A stretch of 64,000 nt of DNA from positions 35,836,001 through 35,900,000 of the forward strand of contig NC_043008.1 of the NCBI RefSeq assembly GCF_006345805.1, read 5' to 3'. The notes beneath the pieces are model-generated. The model saw only the letters and a list, made by a program, of their open reading frames with translations. It searched no databases and was not told where the DNA came from. This document shows, piece after piece, positions 36,832 through 49,627 of the stretch (positions are counted from its first letter, which is position 1; every line of letters starts with the position of its first letter). Position numbers and translations under genes: made by a program. Source of the DNA: Octopus sinensis (Eukaryota).

Positions 36832-37603
36832 TGTGGTGAAATCCTGACACCCCTGTGGGAAAGCAAGTCAACTGTCCTATACCGTATAAAAGTGCATGCG
36901 CACTGTTAGTGAAGGACAGTGTGGTGTGTGCAGGCGCTTTGCGAAGACAGTTGTAGAAGTCATTAAGAGATATTGTTTGTTACATGTTTCTGATTTATAT
37001 CTGTATTGTTATCACCTTGTTATGAGTCCATGTTATAAAATGGCATGTACAGTGAGTTCAAAGGACATAAGTGTCGATGTGCCAACTGTGGTGACGAGAC
37101 ATTCGAAGCTTTCAGTGGATGTTCTTAGCATGGAAGACCTATTAGCAGCAGTGGTTCAATTGCAACGACAACTACAGCAGCAGCAACAAGAACAAAAGAA
37201 ACAGCAACTACAACAAAATCAACAGTTGTTGGAATTATTGTTGCTATCAAAGAACACTTCAGATTTGTTTTTGGCAGATGCAGTTGCTAATTCAATTGAA
37301 GAATTCACATATAATCTGGAAGATAGGATTATGCTTTCTGCATACTTCAGAAGGCATGAAAGAATCTTCAAGGAAGAGTGTAAAAGTTGGACTGTCAAAA
37401 AGAAGGTATGTCTTCTTTTAAGTAAATTATCACCAGCAGAACATGAAAAGTTTTGTAATTACATCTTGCTGAGAAAGCCATACAAAATTTATTTCGAGGA
37501 GACAATTAAGCTATTATCTAAAATATTCAGTGAAAGAAGTTCACTATTTAATATTCACAGGGAATGTTTGAATTTGAAAAAAAAAAAAAAGAAAAAGAAA
37601 TAA
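36832..37603 (+). mobile_element. Gypsy (Mag/K02A2.6-like) 5' LTR, PBS and truncated gag in ALDH2 intron 6
   Basis: TGTGG start, TATAAAAG, PBS-like TGGTGACGAG at about 37089; gag AYFRRHERIFKEECKSWTVKKKVCLLLSKLSPAEHEKFCNYILLRKP...FNIHRECLNL ending in an A-run. Confidence 0.8.
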
Positions 37604-37647
37604 CAAAAGGGTTAAACACACACCAAACATCTTAAAAATTAGCTTAC

Positions 37648-37709
37648 AGGAATAATTTGTCCACAGACTCCAACAGGTTCATGTCTTGTGTAGGTGAAGT
37701 GGTCTCCAC
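37648..37709 (-). CDS. ALDH2: ALDH2 exon 6: (R)[20 protein letters not shown]
   Basis: TGTCAG|GT GGA...CCT|GTAAGC, 62 nt. Confidence 0.96.
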
Positions 37710-38049
37710 CTGACAAAATGAAGAAACAAAATTTTTAAATGGCATGTTGTTAAGAAGCTTGCTTCTCAAACATGTGGTCTTGGGTTCAGTTTCACTGTGA
37801 GGTACCTTAGGAAAGTATTTTTCACTATAGACCCAGGCCAACCCCAGTCTTGTGAGTGGATTTGGTAAAGCCTATTGTATTTGAATGTGTGTGTTTACCC
37901 TTGTCTTGACATTGTCTGATGACTGTAAACAAGCATCACTACCATACAAGCATTGTTGTTGGTTTCCAGTTTTCCAAGAAAATCTGGTCTGTTGATGGGG
38001 AAATATCTTACATGGAAATGTGTGAAGGTTAGTGACAAGAAAGGTATCA

Positions 38050-38822
38050 GATGTCTGATGCAGTGTCTAGCTAGCCTCAGCCTTCTATGCTGTATCTTCA
38101 ATATTACTTTTGGTAGTCCCTAGTATAAGTTAGCGTCTGTTATATGACTCTTCCAGGAGACACTGAGTGCCATTCTAAGCATCCCTGTATAGCAACCGTT
38201 CAACTGCTTCTTCAATGCTTTAGTGAGCGTCCATGTTTCAGCCCCGCATAGAAGAACAGACTCCACCGTTGCCAGAAACAACCGCACTTTCAATTTTCTT
38301 GCTAACTTTAAACTCCATACCTTTCTCAATTTGTGGCATGTGCTCCAGGCAAGAGCTTTCTTTGCTATGATGTCTTTTTCAGTACTTTGTGTCCATGTAC
38401 CAAGGTATTTGAAATTTTCAACTACCTTCAGCAACTTACTGTCTCTCACTTTCACTGACACAGGCATTTCGTTGTTGAATACTTGAGCGAAAGTGATCAC
38501 TCCTGGTGGAGAGATGGAATACTTTGAAGTCAAAGCTGGAGTATTACAAAGCGACATGCTAGCACCTTATCTCTTCGCCACCGTTCTGGACTATGTAATG
38601 CGTAAAACATACAAGGGCAAGGAAGAAGAACTGAGATTCAAACTGCATAGGCAAAGAAGTAGATGGCATAAAGCAGTAACAGTAACTGACCTAGACTATG
38701 CTGATGACCTGGCATTACAAACAGAGAGGACAGATCAGGCACAGGAGGTGCTGAGCAGATTAGAGCAGGAATCAGGGAAGGTAGGATTGTAATGTAGTGC
38801 AAAGAAAACAGAGCTGCAAGTA
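38050..38822 (-). mobile_element. RTE-clade LINE RT fragment with its 5' part inverted
   Basis: Plus strand 38486-38822: KVITPGGE...GVLQ...DYADDLAL...KKTELQV. Minus strand 38485-38050: QVFNN...FKYLG...ETWTLT...RRLRLARHCIRH. Confidence 0.9.
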
Positions 38823-41800
38823 ATATGAGGATGAAGTTTGTGCATGAATATGAAGAGATTGGTAGAAAGGTCTTTCTATGACAAATTTAAAACTTCATTG
38901 CGTGTGTGTGTGTGTATGTTGCTGAGAAAACTGGTGATATGTTTACATTCTTTATTGCCATGACTGGTCACTGTGTGGTCTTGATGGTCTGGAGAGGAAA
39001 ACCCCTTACTTAGGAAACAGGTCAGGATTAAGGATAAGAATAGTATGCAGCCATAAAATGTCATTTCAGAGTTTCAGTTGCATTCAATAATTGCAGAGGG
39101 GTGGCCTCTACTGGACTGGCTTCTTACAATGCAAAGATGAACACAACAAAGACTGCAATGTACATATTTTTTTTATAGCTATAGTTGGGGAGATCAATCA
39201 GTTGCCAGTTAAGGAGAAATCAGGTCATGATTAGTTTCCATGGTAAAACTTTAAAAACTATTACTGACTAGTTTTAGATAAAATCTTATAGATAAACTTT
39301 TCTATATTTAATGATATTCTTTGTGTGTTATCTAAAACCCTAAACTGTATCACTGCTGTCACACATCCTAAGCTTCACCATCAATGTTGAAGAAGGTTAC
39401 AGTTCTGGGTCAGAAGCAGAAAAAGTGTTTAGCACAGAGTAAATTAATGTTAGCCATTCTCTTTACCAAGAAAGTATTATTAATGAATTAATTAGATCAT
39501 TAACCTCACTACATTAAATATAATGGCACTAATTAGGTTGTTTAGTAGAGGATTTGATGTGTGCAACAGAATATGGATGAACAAGAGGATTGACATATAG
39601 CAGTCTAGAGTTTGTGTTGTTGTTGTAGTAGTAGTGGTAAAGTAAATGGAACACACACACAAGCATGGAAAAATAGACATTGAACTGATAGATATAAACT
39701 AAGTGTGGTCGAGAAGCTCACTTCCTAAACATGTGGTCTTGGGTTGACCAAAGCCCTGCTAGTGTATTTGGTAGATAGAAAACTGCTTGTGTGTGTGTGT
39801 GTGTGTATGCCCCTGACTTATCACGAGATGGTTGTATATGAGCATCATCATCATACTAGCAGAGTTGTTCATTTCCAGTCTTCCACAAAAAAAAAAAACA
39901 TGCCTGGCCCTGTGCAGAGGAGAATATTACCTTGCTTGGAAACAGACAGAGGTTGGCAACAAAAAGAGCATCTGGCCATAGAAACTCTGCCTCAACAAAT
40001 TCTGTCTGACCTAAGCAAGCATAAGATGGAAAAGTGAACATCATTTATAATGATAAGAGTTCAAACATTGTTAACTGCTGGTATCCAAGCAGATAACAAA
40101 ACATAATTGTTTGCCTTTCTCCAAAGTCTGCAGGGGTTAACAACAAGAGTCCCTATGAAAGACCTCTTCCCAGTCAGGGTTGTTAAGTAATGTCATTGTG
40201 GTTGAGGGACTCTCACGTCAACTTCAATGTATGAGCATCTTGTAGATCAATCAGCTGGAGAACTTGCTTGTTGAATTAGCATGCAAAATGGCTGTATATT
40301 CCACAGACATGTGTAAAGTGTTGACTCAAGCCCCAGGACTTAGGTAGGGCCAGTTACCTAGTTTCCATGGCATACAAGTAACAGATTACAATATGCCCCC
40401 TGAATGAGATGCCAGTTCATTGCAGGGTGACTCATTTACAGCTGAGCAGATGAGTAATAACATGAAATGTTTTGCTCAAGAACACAATGCGTCACCCAGT
40501 TAGGAAATCGAAACCACAACCTTGAATGCAATACTCTACACCACACACACCTTTACACAGATACATACTCTTAAGGTAATTCTCAGGTTGAATAAATGTG
40601 ACACAAATGCAACAAGGCTGAATCATTGAAACAAAGTTATAGTCCATCTGAAGGGTTTCTCACAGTTTTTGTTTACCCAAATTTCACAAGGCTTGGGTCA
40701 ACAGGAGGCTACAGTAAATGCACTTGGTCAACATGCTACACAACAGGATTGAACAAGAGCCTTGTGGTTGTGAAACAAACATCTTAACCACCCCAAACAT
40801 GCCTACTTCCACTATTGTGGTTAACAAACAAACCCTTGCAGGTTTTTGTAGCTTCAAAGAGAATATCACTGGAAAAGAAGTCTCAGAATTAAAGATTAGA
40901 TAAGACGAGCAGTAGAATGTGTAGGTGTTGTGACTATAAGATCAAAGAATAGAAAAGATGGGTGAATTGAATGGGGTTTAAGTAATAATGACAGGGTTGG
41001 TTTTTAGAAAGTATTGTAGTAACATTAGTATGTGGTGGGGGTGATATTAGAGAGTGATGGATAGCTTAGTGTTTGAGTACTTACCCTGAACATACTTGAG
41101 AATACATGTAGGTTAAAGTAAATAAAAGAGATAGTAGTAAAGTCGTGTATACTTTTGCGAGTGGTTTTGGTCTTAGTGGTGTGTGTGTGTGTGTGCACCT
41201 AAAATGTTATCTAGAAATATTTGTTTTATTGAGCCAGCAATAATGAATGCTTTTACTTTTTGGTAATCAAGCACTTCAAAATATTTACAAAAAATGGGGG
41301 GAGTGTGTGTGTGATGAGAGATACAAACATGCAATATCACAATTCATCATTGGCCCAATGCTAACACAGAAAAACAGATGAGAATAAGAAAACTTAGTAA
41401 TAAAGAAAAGCAGGTGGAGAGTAAGATTTCTACTCATTGAATACACAACTATACAAAGTACAAATATTTGCTGTTAGTTCATTTATTAAACTAATCAAAT
41501 ACTTCAAAATTGAAGATAAACATTGTACAAGAAACACAATTCAGATATAAGACCCAGCAAGTCACCTACAGTATTTCTATAATGTAATGCCACAACAAAA
41601 ATATTTTAATAAAATTTTCTTTGATTCAGTATACCAAACACACAAAATATTTATGTATGCATTTTCTTGTATCTCATATTGGACTATCACCATGCTGGGG
41701 CCATGAAGGGTTTAGTCAAAAACAAAAACAAAAAAATAAATCACCGTCAGTACTTATCCATTCGATTTCTTTTGCTGATCTCCTAGGTTACAAGGACATA

Positions 41801-43120
41801 AACACAGGTTATCAAGCAGTTGTGGTAATGGGCAAACAAAGACAAAACATATGTAAAGTGGTTGACATTAGGAAGGGCAACCAGCCATAGAAGCCATCCC
41901 AAAGCTGACAGTAGACTGTGGCACAGTCGTTGGGATTCCAACTCTTATCAGGCCAGCATGGAAGACGGATGTATGATGACACTATGTGATGGGATTCTTT
42001 CAGTTTCCATCCACCAAATCCACACACGCCAGTGCCTATAACAAATATTAGACTACCATCACCACCACCTGCTGATTGGCCAAGCCGGAGTGACTGATTA
42101 TATTTCACTAATGAGATCCAATAAAACTTGAATCATACCAATGATCACATTTTGGCACTTAAGCATTCATAAATGAATTTTGTGAAATGAATTCTTAATT
42201 TTTTTGAAGATGAAATAATATTTTTGAGAGTCATTAATTACTGGTAAGTTTTCATCTTTCTCCAGTTACAAAATAAATTTCATTTTTTTTTTTTTTGGCA
42301 TGGCTGTCAAGTAGCAAGTTCTCTATACTATTTGCTGAAAATCATATCAGAGCAAGCATGCGTGCATGCTTGGTGTATATATTGCTATTGCCTTTCATTG
42401 ATGCCATACAACAGTTGTAAGCAAGTATCACTGTCATTCAAGCAGAGTCCATTTCCAATCCAAGAAAACACTTTTAGTCATAAAATTTTGTTTGCTTTTT
42501 TTTTTCTTTTAGAAAGATATTCATATTTTAAGTATTCATTAACATATTTCATTCTCCATTAATTCAAACTGAATTACGAGAATTGATGTTGTATAACAAA
42601 CAGGGCTGATGGTGTTGGAAATAAAACCAAAGAGGAACACAATAAAAGAAACTGTGAATGTATTCTTCCATTGATTTCAACAATGAGTGAGCAGTTGTTT
42701 GATCAACTAGCTGCTCATCAAATTAGTATGTAAGTGGCTGTGTATTCCAGGGATACTTTTAAAATGAATTGATAGATGAAGGACAGTCTGATCTTTAGCA
42801 GACATAGATGAGGTGAAGTTGCAAAGGTGAATAGTAATCAATTAAGCAGGCAGAGGTGACAACTCAAGACATTTCAGTCTTACTAGACCTCCTCAGATAA
42901 TAGATAATTGTGCGATCTGTAGCAGACAGCAGTGATAATTCCAGGCATGTTTTGGTCCTATTAGTAAATAGATCAGTGCTAACAGTTTTGTCATTACTTC
43001 ATTATTCTTCTTATCTTGATATTCTTATTCTAAAAGAAGCCCTCTCAATTTTAGAAAACTGGAACGTGTTTAAGGGATACAGGAAAATTGCTTTATAATA
43101 ATATTAGAAGAGCTACTTAC

Positions 43121-43170
43121 GGATAGGAATAGTTTTTCCATGGTTTTTGTCAGCCCAGCCAGCATAATAT
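43121..43170 (-). CDS. ALDH2: ALDH2 exon 5: (R)YYAGWADKNHGKTIPI(R)
   Basis: CTTTAG|A TAT...ATC C|GTAAGT, 50 nt. Confidence 0.95.
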
Positions 43171-45299
43171 CTAAAGATATAAAATAAATCAATTAGTAAC
43201 TGAATCATCTTGAATAATTATTCAAATATAAGCAATATTTTATCTTTTATTTGTTTCAGTCTGTGGTCATACTGGGGCACCACCCTGACAGGTTTTCTTG
43301 AACAAATTGGCCACAGTATTTACTGGTACTCATTCTACTGGTTTCTTTTTGCCAAACTGCCAGCTCACAGGGATGTAAACAAACCAATACCAATTGTCAA
43401 GCAGTAGTGAAAGACAAACTCAAAGACAAATACAGACATACAAGCACATACATCAGGTTCCTTTCAATTTCTGTCTACCAAATCCACTCACAAGACACTT
43501 GCTTAAAGTGTTGCACAGTGGGACTGAACCCAGGACCATGTGATTGGGAAGCAAACCAAGCTTCTTACCACTTAGCTATGCTTGCATCTATTTCTCTTAA
43601 GTTTGTTTAATTCTCTTAAATTCATTGGTAAAAACTATGTGGTAATGTGTATCCAAGAACACACAAACACAACTTACCAAATACTTTCCAAAGACAACCC
43701 CACCTCACACAAGATATGCATAATCCCATGAACCAACAAGCAGGGCTGCCTTCAGCAGCATTATAGACCCCTGCCCCCGCCCTGGACTAGACATTGCTCT
43801 GGGGACTAATGTTTATAACAAAAGCCATAACTTGCATAGATTAACAAAGAACCTCTAACATGTGAGGGACACAGACAACTGTCCTCTGTGCCCATGCCTT
43901 AAGATGAGCACTGCCAACAAGATAGAAACAGCAGCAAATCCTCCCTTAAAAAGAGAAGCCACAACACGGTGGATAACATTGCCCCTGTATGCAAAGGCAG
44001 AAATGAAAAAAAATGAAAAACTTGTCACAGCCTAAATTCCTTTGATCTTAGTTCTACTCAGAGGTGACCCAGGGATAAAGAACAAAACAATCGCCATAAT
44101 CCCTTATATTATGCACAAAAAAGTACAAAAACCCAAACAAAAGCTTCAGCAGGGCCTGATAAAAGCAAACATATATAGCCTGATGGAAATTTTCCCCTTA
44201 TTAACATCAGAATAAGAATTGGAACCATGGGAAAACTATTCTTATCCCTAAGTGGCTTGTGGTGGGAATGTATTAACCCTTTTAAAACCAGCCCATCCAA
44301 GACTGATTCTAGGATACAAAATTGCTTATAAAGTGATGTAAATTAAAAACTTCCAAAATTCCATCTTAATTTATGTTCCAAGTATCAGTTTAATAATGAC
44401 AGATATTTTACTAAATTCTTGATTACTTTCAAAATTAATGTAAACAAAACATATTCCAAGAGAAATTTGCGAACGAAAGGGTTCAGTGTGTTAGCAGTTG
44501 TAGTGATGCCATTTTGAAAGTCTTCAGCGCGCATGTGCAGAGTAGGATTTCTTCTGGGAGGCCGCCGGAAATTCCCTCGTGTGCAGAGAACTAGCAACAG
44601 CAAGATTCCTGCTGTATCAATCTCTCTCGAAGCAGACACCGAATTGAATGGACACGCTATCACATCTCTCCCAAGCAAGCCAACACGTGGCGAAGCTACA
44701 CTATGCTTGGATCACACCATTTAACTACAGCAACTAGCTCCCATGGCTACCGGTTCGCCCTGAAGGAAATATATGTATATATATTATTGCGAATCCAGAA
44801 AAATAAATATTATTTATGCTGTAGAAGATATTTGAAGTGTTAGTTTTCCTTCGACAAATAATTTAATGTAACGAGATGAGACCTGCACTCCTCAAGTGTT
44901 CCAGACCTTTCATCCTTGTTACACAGTTAAATCATTTGAGTGATTGCATAAGTCTAATAATCAATCATATTCAATGATTAAATTTATACAATCACTCAGA
45001 ACAGCTGACACTTTAAACTGCCAATGGTTCGAATATTTCAGACCTTTTCAATGAGGAACATCCACCACCACCACCATTGCAATCATACTGGTAAAGGTTG
45101 GAAAACAGGTTTTACTAAGGTAACATGAAGGCAAGGCTGGGTGTTTAAGAAGCTTGCTTCTTAACTATGTGGATAGGAGTTCAGCCCCACTACACAGTAA
45201 CTTGGGCAGGTGTTTATTATTAGTCCAGGCCAACGAAAATCTGAGGAATGGACGTGGTAGACAGAAACTCAATGAAGACTGTCATATATATACAAACAA

Positions 45300-46024
45300 T
45301 TCTGAGTGGGGCGGAGGAGTGAGGAGTGAGAAGTGGAGTAGAGGAGTGAGAAGTGGAGTAGCGGGGGGTGGAGAGGAGGAGTGAGGGGGTGGAGAGGAGA
45401 AGTGAAGGAGTGAGGAGCGGAGAAGTGAAGGAGTGAGGAGTGAAGGAGTGAGGAGTGAAGGAGTGAAGGAGTGAAGGAGTGAAGGAGTGAGGAGTGAAGG
45501 AGTGAGGAGTGAAGGAGTGAGGAGTGAAGGAGTGAAGGAGTGAGGAGCGAAGGAGTGAGGAGCGAAGGAGTGAGGAGCGAAGGAGTGAGGAGCGAAGGAG
45601 TGAGGAGCGAAGGAGTGAGGAGCAGAGGAGTGAAGGGAGAGAGAAAGAGAGAGCAAGCAAATGGAGAGAGAGCGAGCAAATGGAGTGCATGAGCGAGTGG
45701 AGTGGAGTGCATGAGTGGAGTGGAGTGCATGAGTGGAGTGGAGTGCATGAGTGGAGTGGAGTGCATGAGTGGAGTGGAGTGCATGAGTGGAGTGGAGTGC
45801 ATGAGTGGAGTGGAGTGCATGAGTGGAGTGGAGTGCATGAGTGGAGTGGAGTGCATGAGTGGAGTGGAGTTGATGTGAGTGAGCAAGTGGATGTGAGTGA
45901 GCGAGTGAATGTGAGTGAACGAGTGAATGTGAGTGAACGAGTGAATGTGAGTGAACGAGTGAATGTGAGTGAACGAGTGAATGTGAGTGAACGAGTGAAT
46001 GTGAGTGAACGAGTGAATGTGAGT
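45300..46024. repeat. Compound purine-rich minisatellite (15-mer, then two 18-mer arrays) inside a SINE
   Basis: (GAAGGAGTGAGGAGY)n, (ATGAGTGGAGTGGAGTGC) about 9-10 copies, (GAGTGAATGTGAGTGAAC) about 7 copies; SINE head at about 45130-45295 and tail at about 46025-46220. Confidence 0.95.
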
Positions 46025-46920
46025 CTAGTGTTGACATCATGTGATGTATGACAATGATGGTTATTTACAACCAATCTTCCATGGAAAACACATCTGGTCA
46101 TAGGAAAATATTTACTTTGCTTGCTTGGAAACAGGTGAGGGTTGGTGATAGAAAGTGTATCCAGCCAGAGAAAATCTGGTTCAGCTAATTCTGTCCAGCT
46201 CAGGCAAGTGTGGAAAAATGAACATTAAAGTTTTGTTTTTTTTCCCTTTTTCCATATGACAAATAGGGAGAACAAGTGTGCCTATTCTAAAACTGGGGCT
46301 ATGCTGGAGCACTGCTCTGAAGGGTTTAGTCAAATCAATACCAATTCTATTGGTAAACTTAAGTTAGAGGGATGTAAACAAACCAACACTTGTTATCAAG
46401 CAATGGAAGGGAGACATGCACATGTGTGGGTATATAACACATACTTATACACAGCAGGCTTCGAGTTTCCACCTAATTTCACTTGTAAGGCATTGGTTGG
46501 CCAAAAGCTTTAAGAGGAGATATTTGCTCAGGTGTGTCACCCAGTGGGACTGAACCCGAAGTTACATGATTGGGTAAATGCTCCACTTAAGCTGGACCAG
46601 CCAAAGCCTTCTGAATGGACTTCATAGATGAAAACTGAAAGAAGCCTGCTGTAAATAAATATCAAAGTGTATGTGGCTGTGTTTGTTTCCCACCATTTCA
46701 CAACTGACATTGGTTTGTTTATGTCCCTGTAATGCAGAAATTCAGCAAAAAGAGGTCAAAAGAATAAGTACAAGGCATAGCAAAAAGAAAGTACTAGGGT
46801 CAGTTTGTTTGACTAAACCCTTGAAGGTTGTGCCCCAGCAAGGCCAAAGTCTGATGACCAGAACAAGATAAACAGGCTTCAAAAAATGCTATTTTAGGAA
46901 GAAAATTAAGAAATTCTTAC

Positions 46921-47000
46921 CTGTAAGTATTAACAACAGCAGCAACATCAACAAGGTAAGACTGGGTGTAGGTTTTACCATTATCAAGAGTTTCTAAAGA
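46921..47000 (-). CDS. ALDH2: ALDH2 exon 4: SLETLDNGKTYTQSYLVDVAAVVNTY(R)
   Basis: TTCAAG|TCT...AG|GTAAGA, 80 nt. Confidence 0.96.
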
Positions 47001-48824
47001 CTTGAAAAAGAAAAATACAAATTCTATACAAAATATGGAGAATTAATTAAAGAAATTCTATACAAAATGCAAAATATATTCAAACCTTTCTAAAACCTAA
47101 AAGCAAAAGAGAGCAACTAGAAGGTGTCAATTGACAATATTTATCTACCAATGCACATGCAGTGTGTGTGTGCATGTGTGTGATTTTAATGCCCACATTT
47201 CTATGGGTTGGTTGGAGTTTAGAGGCAGATTTGCTATGGCCAGGCACTCTTTTAATCACCAATCTTTATTTCTAAGCAAGATAATATTGCTCCATGGCTG
47301 GACACATTTTTGAAGATTAAGAATATTTGTCAGTGACACTCATTTACAACTATCATGCAATGACAAGAAAATACTAGTCGTCATCATTGGTTGAAGCATT
47401 TCCCAATGCTGACATAGGCTGAATGGTTTCATAGGAGATGGTCGGTCAGAAGACAACACCAAGCTCTACCATCTGTTTTGGCACGGTTTCTATGGCTCCA
47501 TACCCTTCCTAACATCAACCACTTTACAGAGTAGAATTGATGCTTTTCACATGGTACCAGCAAGGTTGCCAGGTAATTTGCAAAACAAAGACCTCCCAAC
47601 AAAGAGGAGGAAGTGTATAGAAGGAGGTAGCTTTGTGCCAGTTGAGAGTTTCAGTATAACAGAGGGATAGAAACAGATGTCTTGTAGAAGAGACATGGTT
47701 ACCATACTCAAAAAGGAGAGAAAGGGAGAAAGAGACACAGACTTCTAGCAATGAAATCCACTCACAAGGCTTTGGTTAGCCCAGGGCTATAGTAGATGAC
47801 ACTTGCCCAAAGTGACACACAGTGGACTGAACTCAAAACCATGTGTTCGGGTTTTCTAAGATCTCTAAAACTGTCAACATAGACTCCACTAAAAAAAGCA
47901 CCTAAAAGGACCAGATAGATATTTAACCAGGAAACTGCACAAATCTCCAATTGATAGGCTTCCACAATCTCAGTCAAGCAAATTTAATGAATCCAAAACC
48001 TTAAAGAAATCTTAACCATACAGTAAAAAAAGGTATCTTTGCAGCAAAAAAGATTTGACTTTTCTATGCTGACATCAGTTCACTTGGTTTTTTAACAAAA
48101 CATTCCAAAACTATATTTAGCTGAAACCAATGCTGACCTGACTTCCACTTCCACATTTTTTTTTGACATACACTATATGGCTTTGAATAAATAAAATGTT
48201 CTGCATTTATTCAAGATTTGTGTATTTACCAGGTATTAAGTAGCATTTCAGGTTTAGCTACTTATGTATGTTTAAACATTATTTTAGGTTAAGCCACTCA
48301 TTCAGCCTCAAAAATAATTTACATTTTACAAAATTCATTGTCAGTTTAGCTCGTTACCGATACCAGTACCCCCTTAGTGGTTCCTGTGCCGGTGGGACGT
48401 AAAAAGCATCATCCGAACGTGATCATTGCCAGGCCTGCCTTACTGGCTCCTGTGCCAGTGGCATGTAAAAGGCATCCACTACACTCTTGGAGTGGTTGGC
48501 ATTAGGAAGGTCATCCAGCTGTAGAAACTCTACCAGACCAGATTGGAGCCTGGTGCAGCCACTGGCTCTCCAGACCTCAAGTCAAACCGTCCAACCCATG
48601 CCAGCATAGAAAACGGATGTTAACCGATGATGATGTCTTTAATCATAACTCCATTCACCCATGAGTCTACTTGGAACTAAACAACAACAAGAAAGATAAA
48701 ATATATATCAACAAGAATTGTATGGAGAACCTCTGAGAACAGAAACTAATTATTATGATACATTTTAGCAGAGACAATATCAAGTGTGATCTATCATCAG
48801 CAAAATGCTAATAGTTTTACTTAC

Positions 48825-48965
48825 CGCAATGTAATTCTTGTCTCTTTCAATTAAATCTGCCAGTTTGTACATTAAATTGCCACGGTCTGAGGCATCCATT
48901 CTTCTCCATGGTGATCCCAGTCTGAAAGCATCTTTGGCAGCAGCCACTGCTTTGTCAATATCTGC
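48825..48965 (-). CDS. ALDH2: ALDH2 exon 3: [47 protein letters not shown]
   Basis: TTTCAG|GCA...GCG|GTAAGT, 141 nt. Confidence 0.97.
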
Positions 48966-49189
48966 CTGAAAAACATAACGAAACAGAAATTAACTATAAA
49001 CTACCTTACAATTAACAATGGTGATTGAGGAAGATTTAGCATTTTTTTTTTTCTTTTGTACAACAGAGCTTTGGTTATATGGTCAGGAAGTTATGGTACC
49101 TTGGACAAATGTCAGCTACACTATCCACATTTCACCTGAAGCCTTTTGTGTAGACTTGGTACATGGAACTGGAAAGAAGCCCATCATGT

Positions 49190-49193
49190 GTGC

Positions 49194-49227
<34 letters not shown>

Positions 49228-49627
49228 CGTGTGTGTGTGTGTGTGCGTGTGTGTGTGTGTGCGTGGCGTGTGTGTGTGCGTGGTGCGTGTGTGTGTGGCG
49301 TGTGTGTGGCGCGTGTGTGTGGCGTGTGTGTGTGTGTGTGGCGTGTGTGTGTGTGTGTGTGGCGTGTGTGTGTGGCGTGTGTGTGGTGTGTGTGGCGTGT
49401 GTGTGTGTGTGTGGCGTGTGTGTGTGTGTGTGGCGTGTGTGTGTGGTGTGTGTGTGTGGCGTGTGTGTGTGTGTGGCACGTGTGTGTGTGTGTGGCGTGT
49501 GTGGCGCGTGTGTGTGTGCGTGGTGTGTGTGTGTGTGTGCACGTGGTGTGTGTGTGTGTGCACGTGGTGTGTGTGTGTGTGCACGTGGTGTGTGTGTGTG
49601 TGTGTGCGTGTGGCGTGTGTGTGTGTG
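49190..49627. repeat. Long interrupted (TG)n microsatellite within a SINE B copy in ALDH2 intron 2
   Basis: Direct reading. Confidence 0.95.

Larger units (their letters stand above)
34888..39424. repeat. 308-bp direct repeat pair, 34888-35195 (intron 7) and 39117-39424 (intron 5)
   Basis: Near-identical by eye, roughly 7-8 differences. Confidence 0.95.

Noticed and set aside
36896-37603. 235-aa poly-Q ORF as a nested host gene
   Set aside because: The C-terminal part is Gypsy gag, the N-terminal part is read-through of the LTR, and the ORF ends in an A-run
45220-46101. Long repetitive ORFs (VHEWSG, HSTPLM, FTRSLT repeats) as a structural protein
   Set aside because: They are open in several frames because the minisatellite lacks stops; it lies inside a SINE within an intron, with no splice or start context
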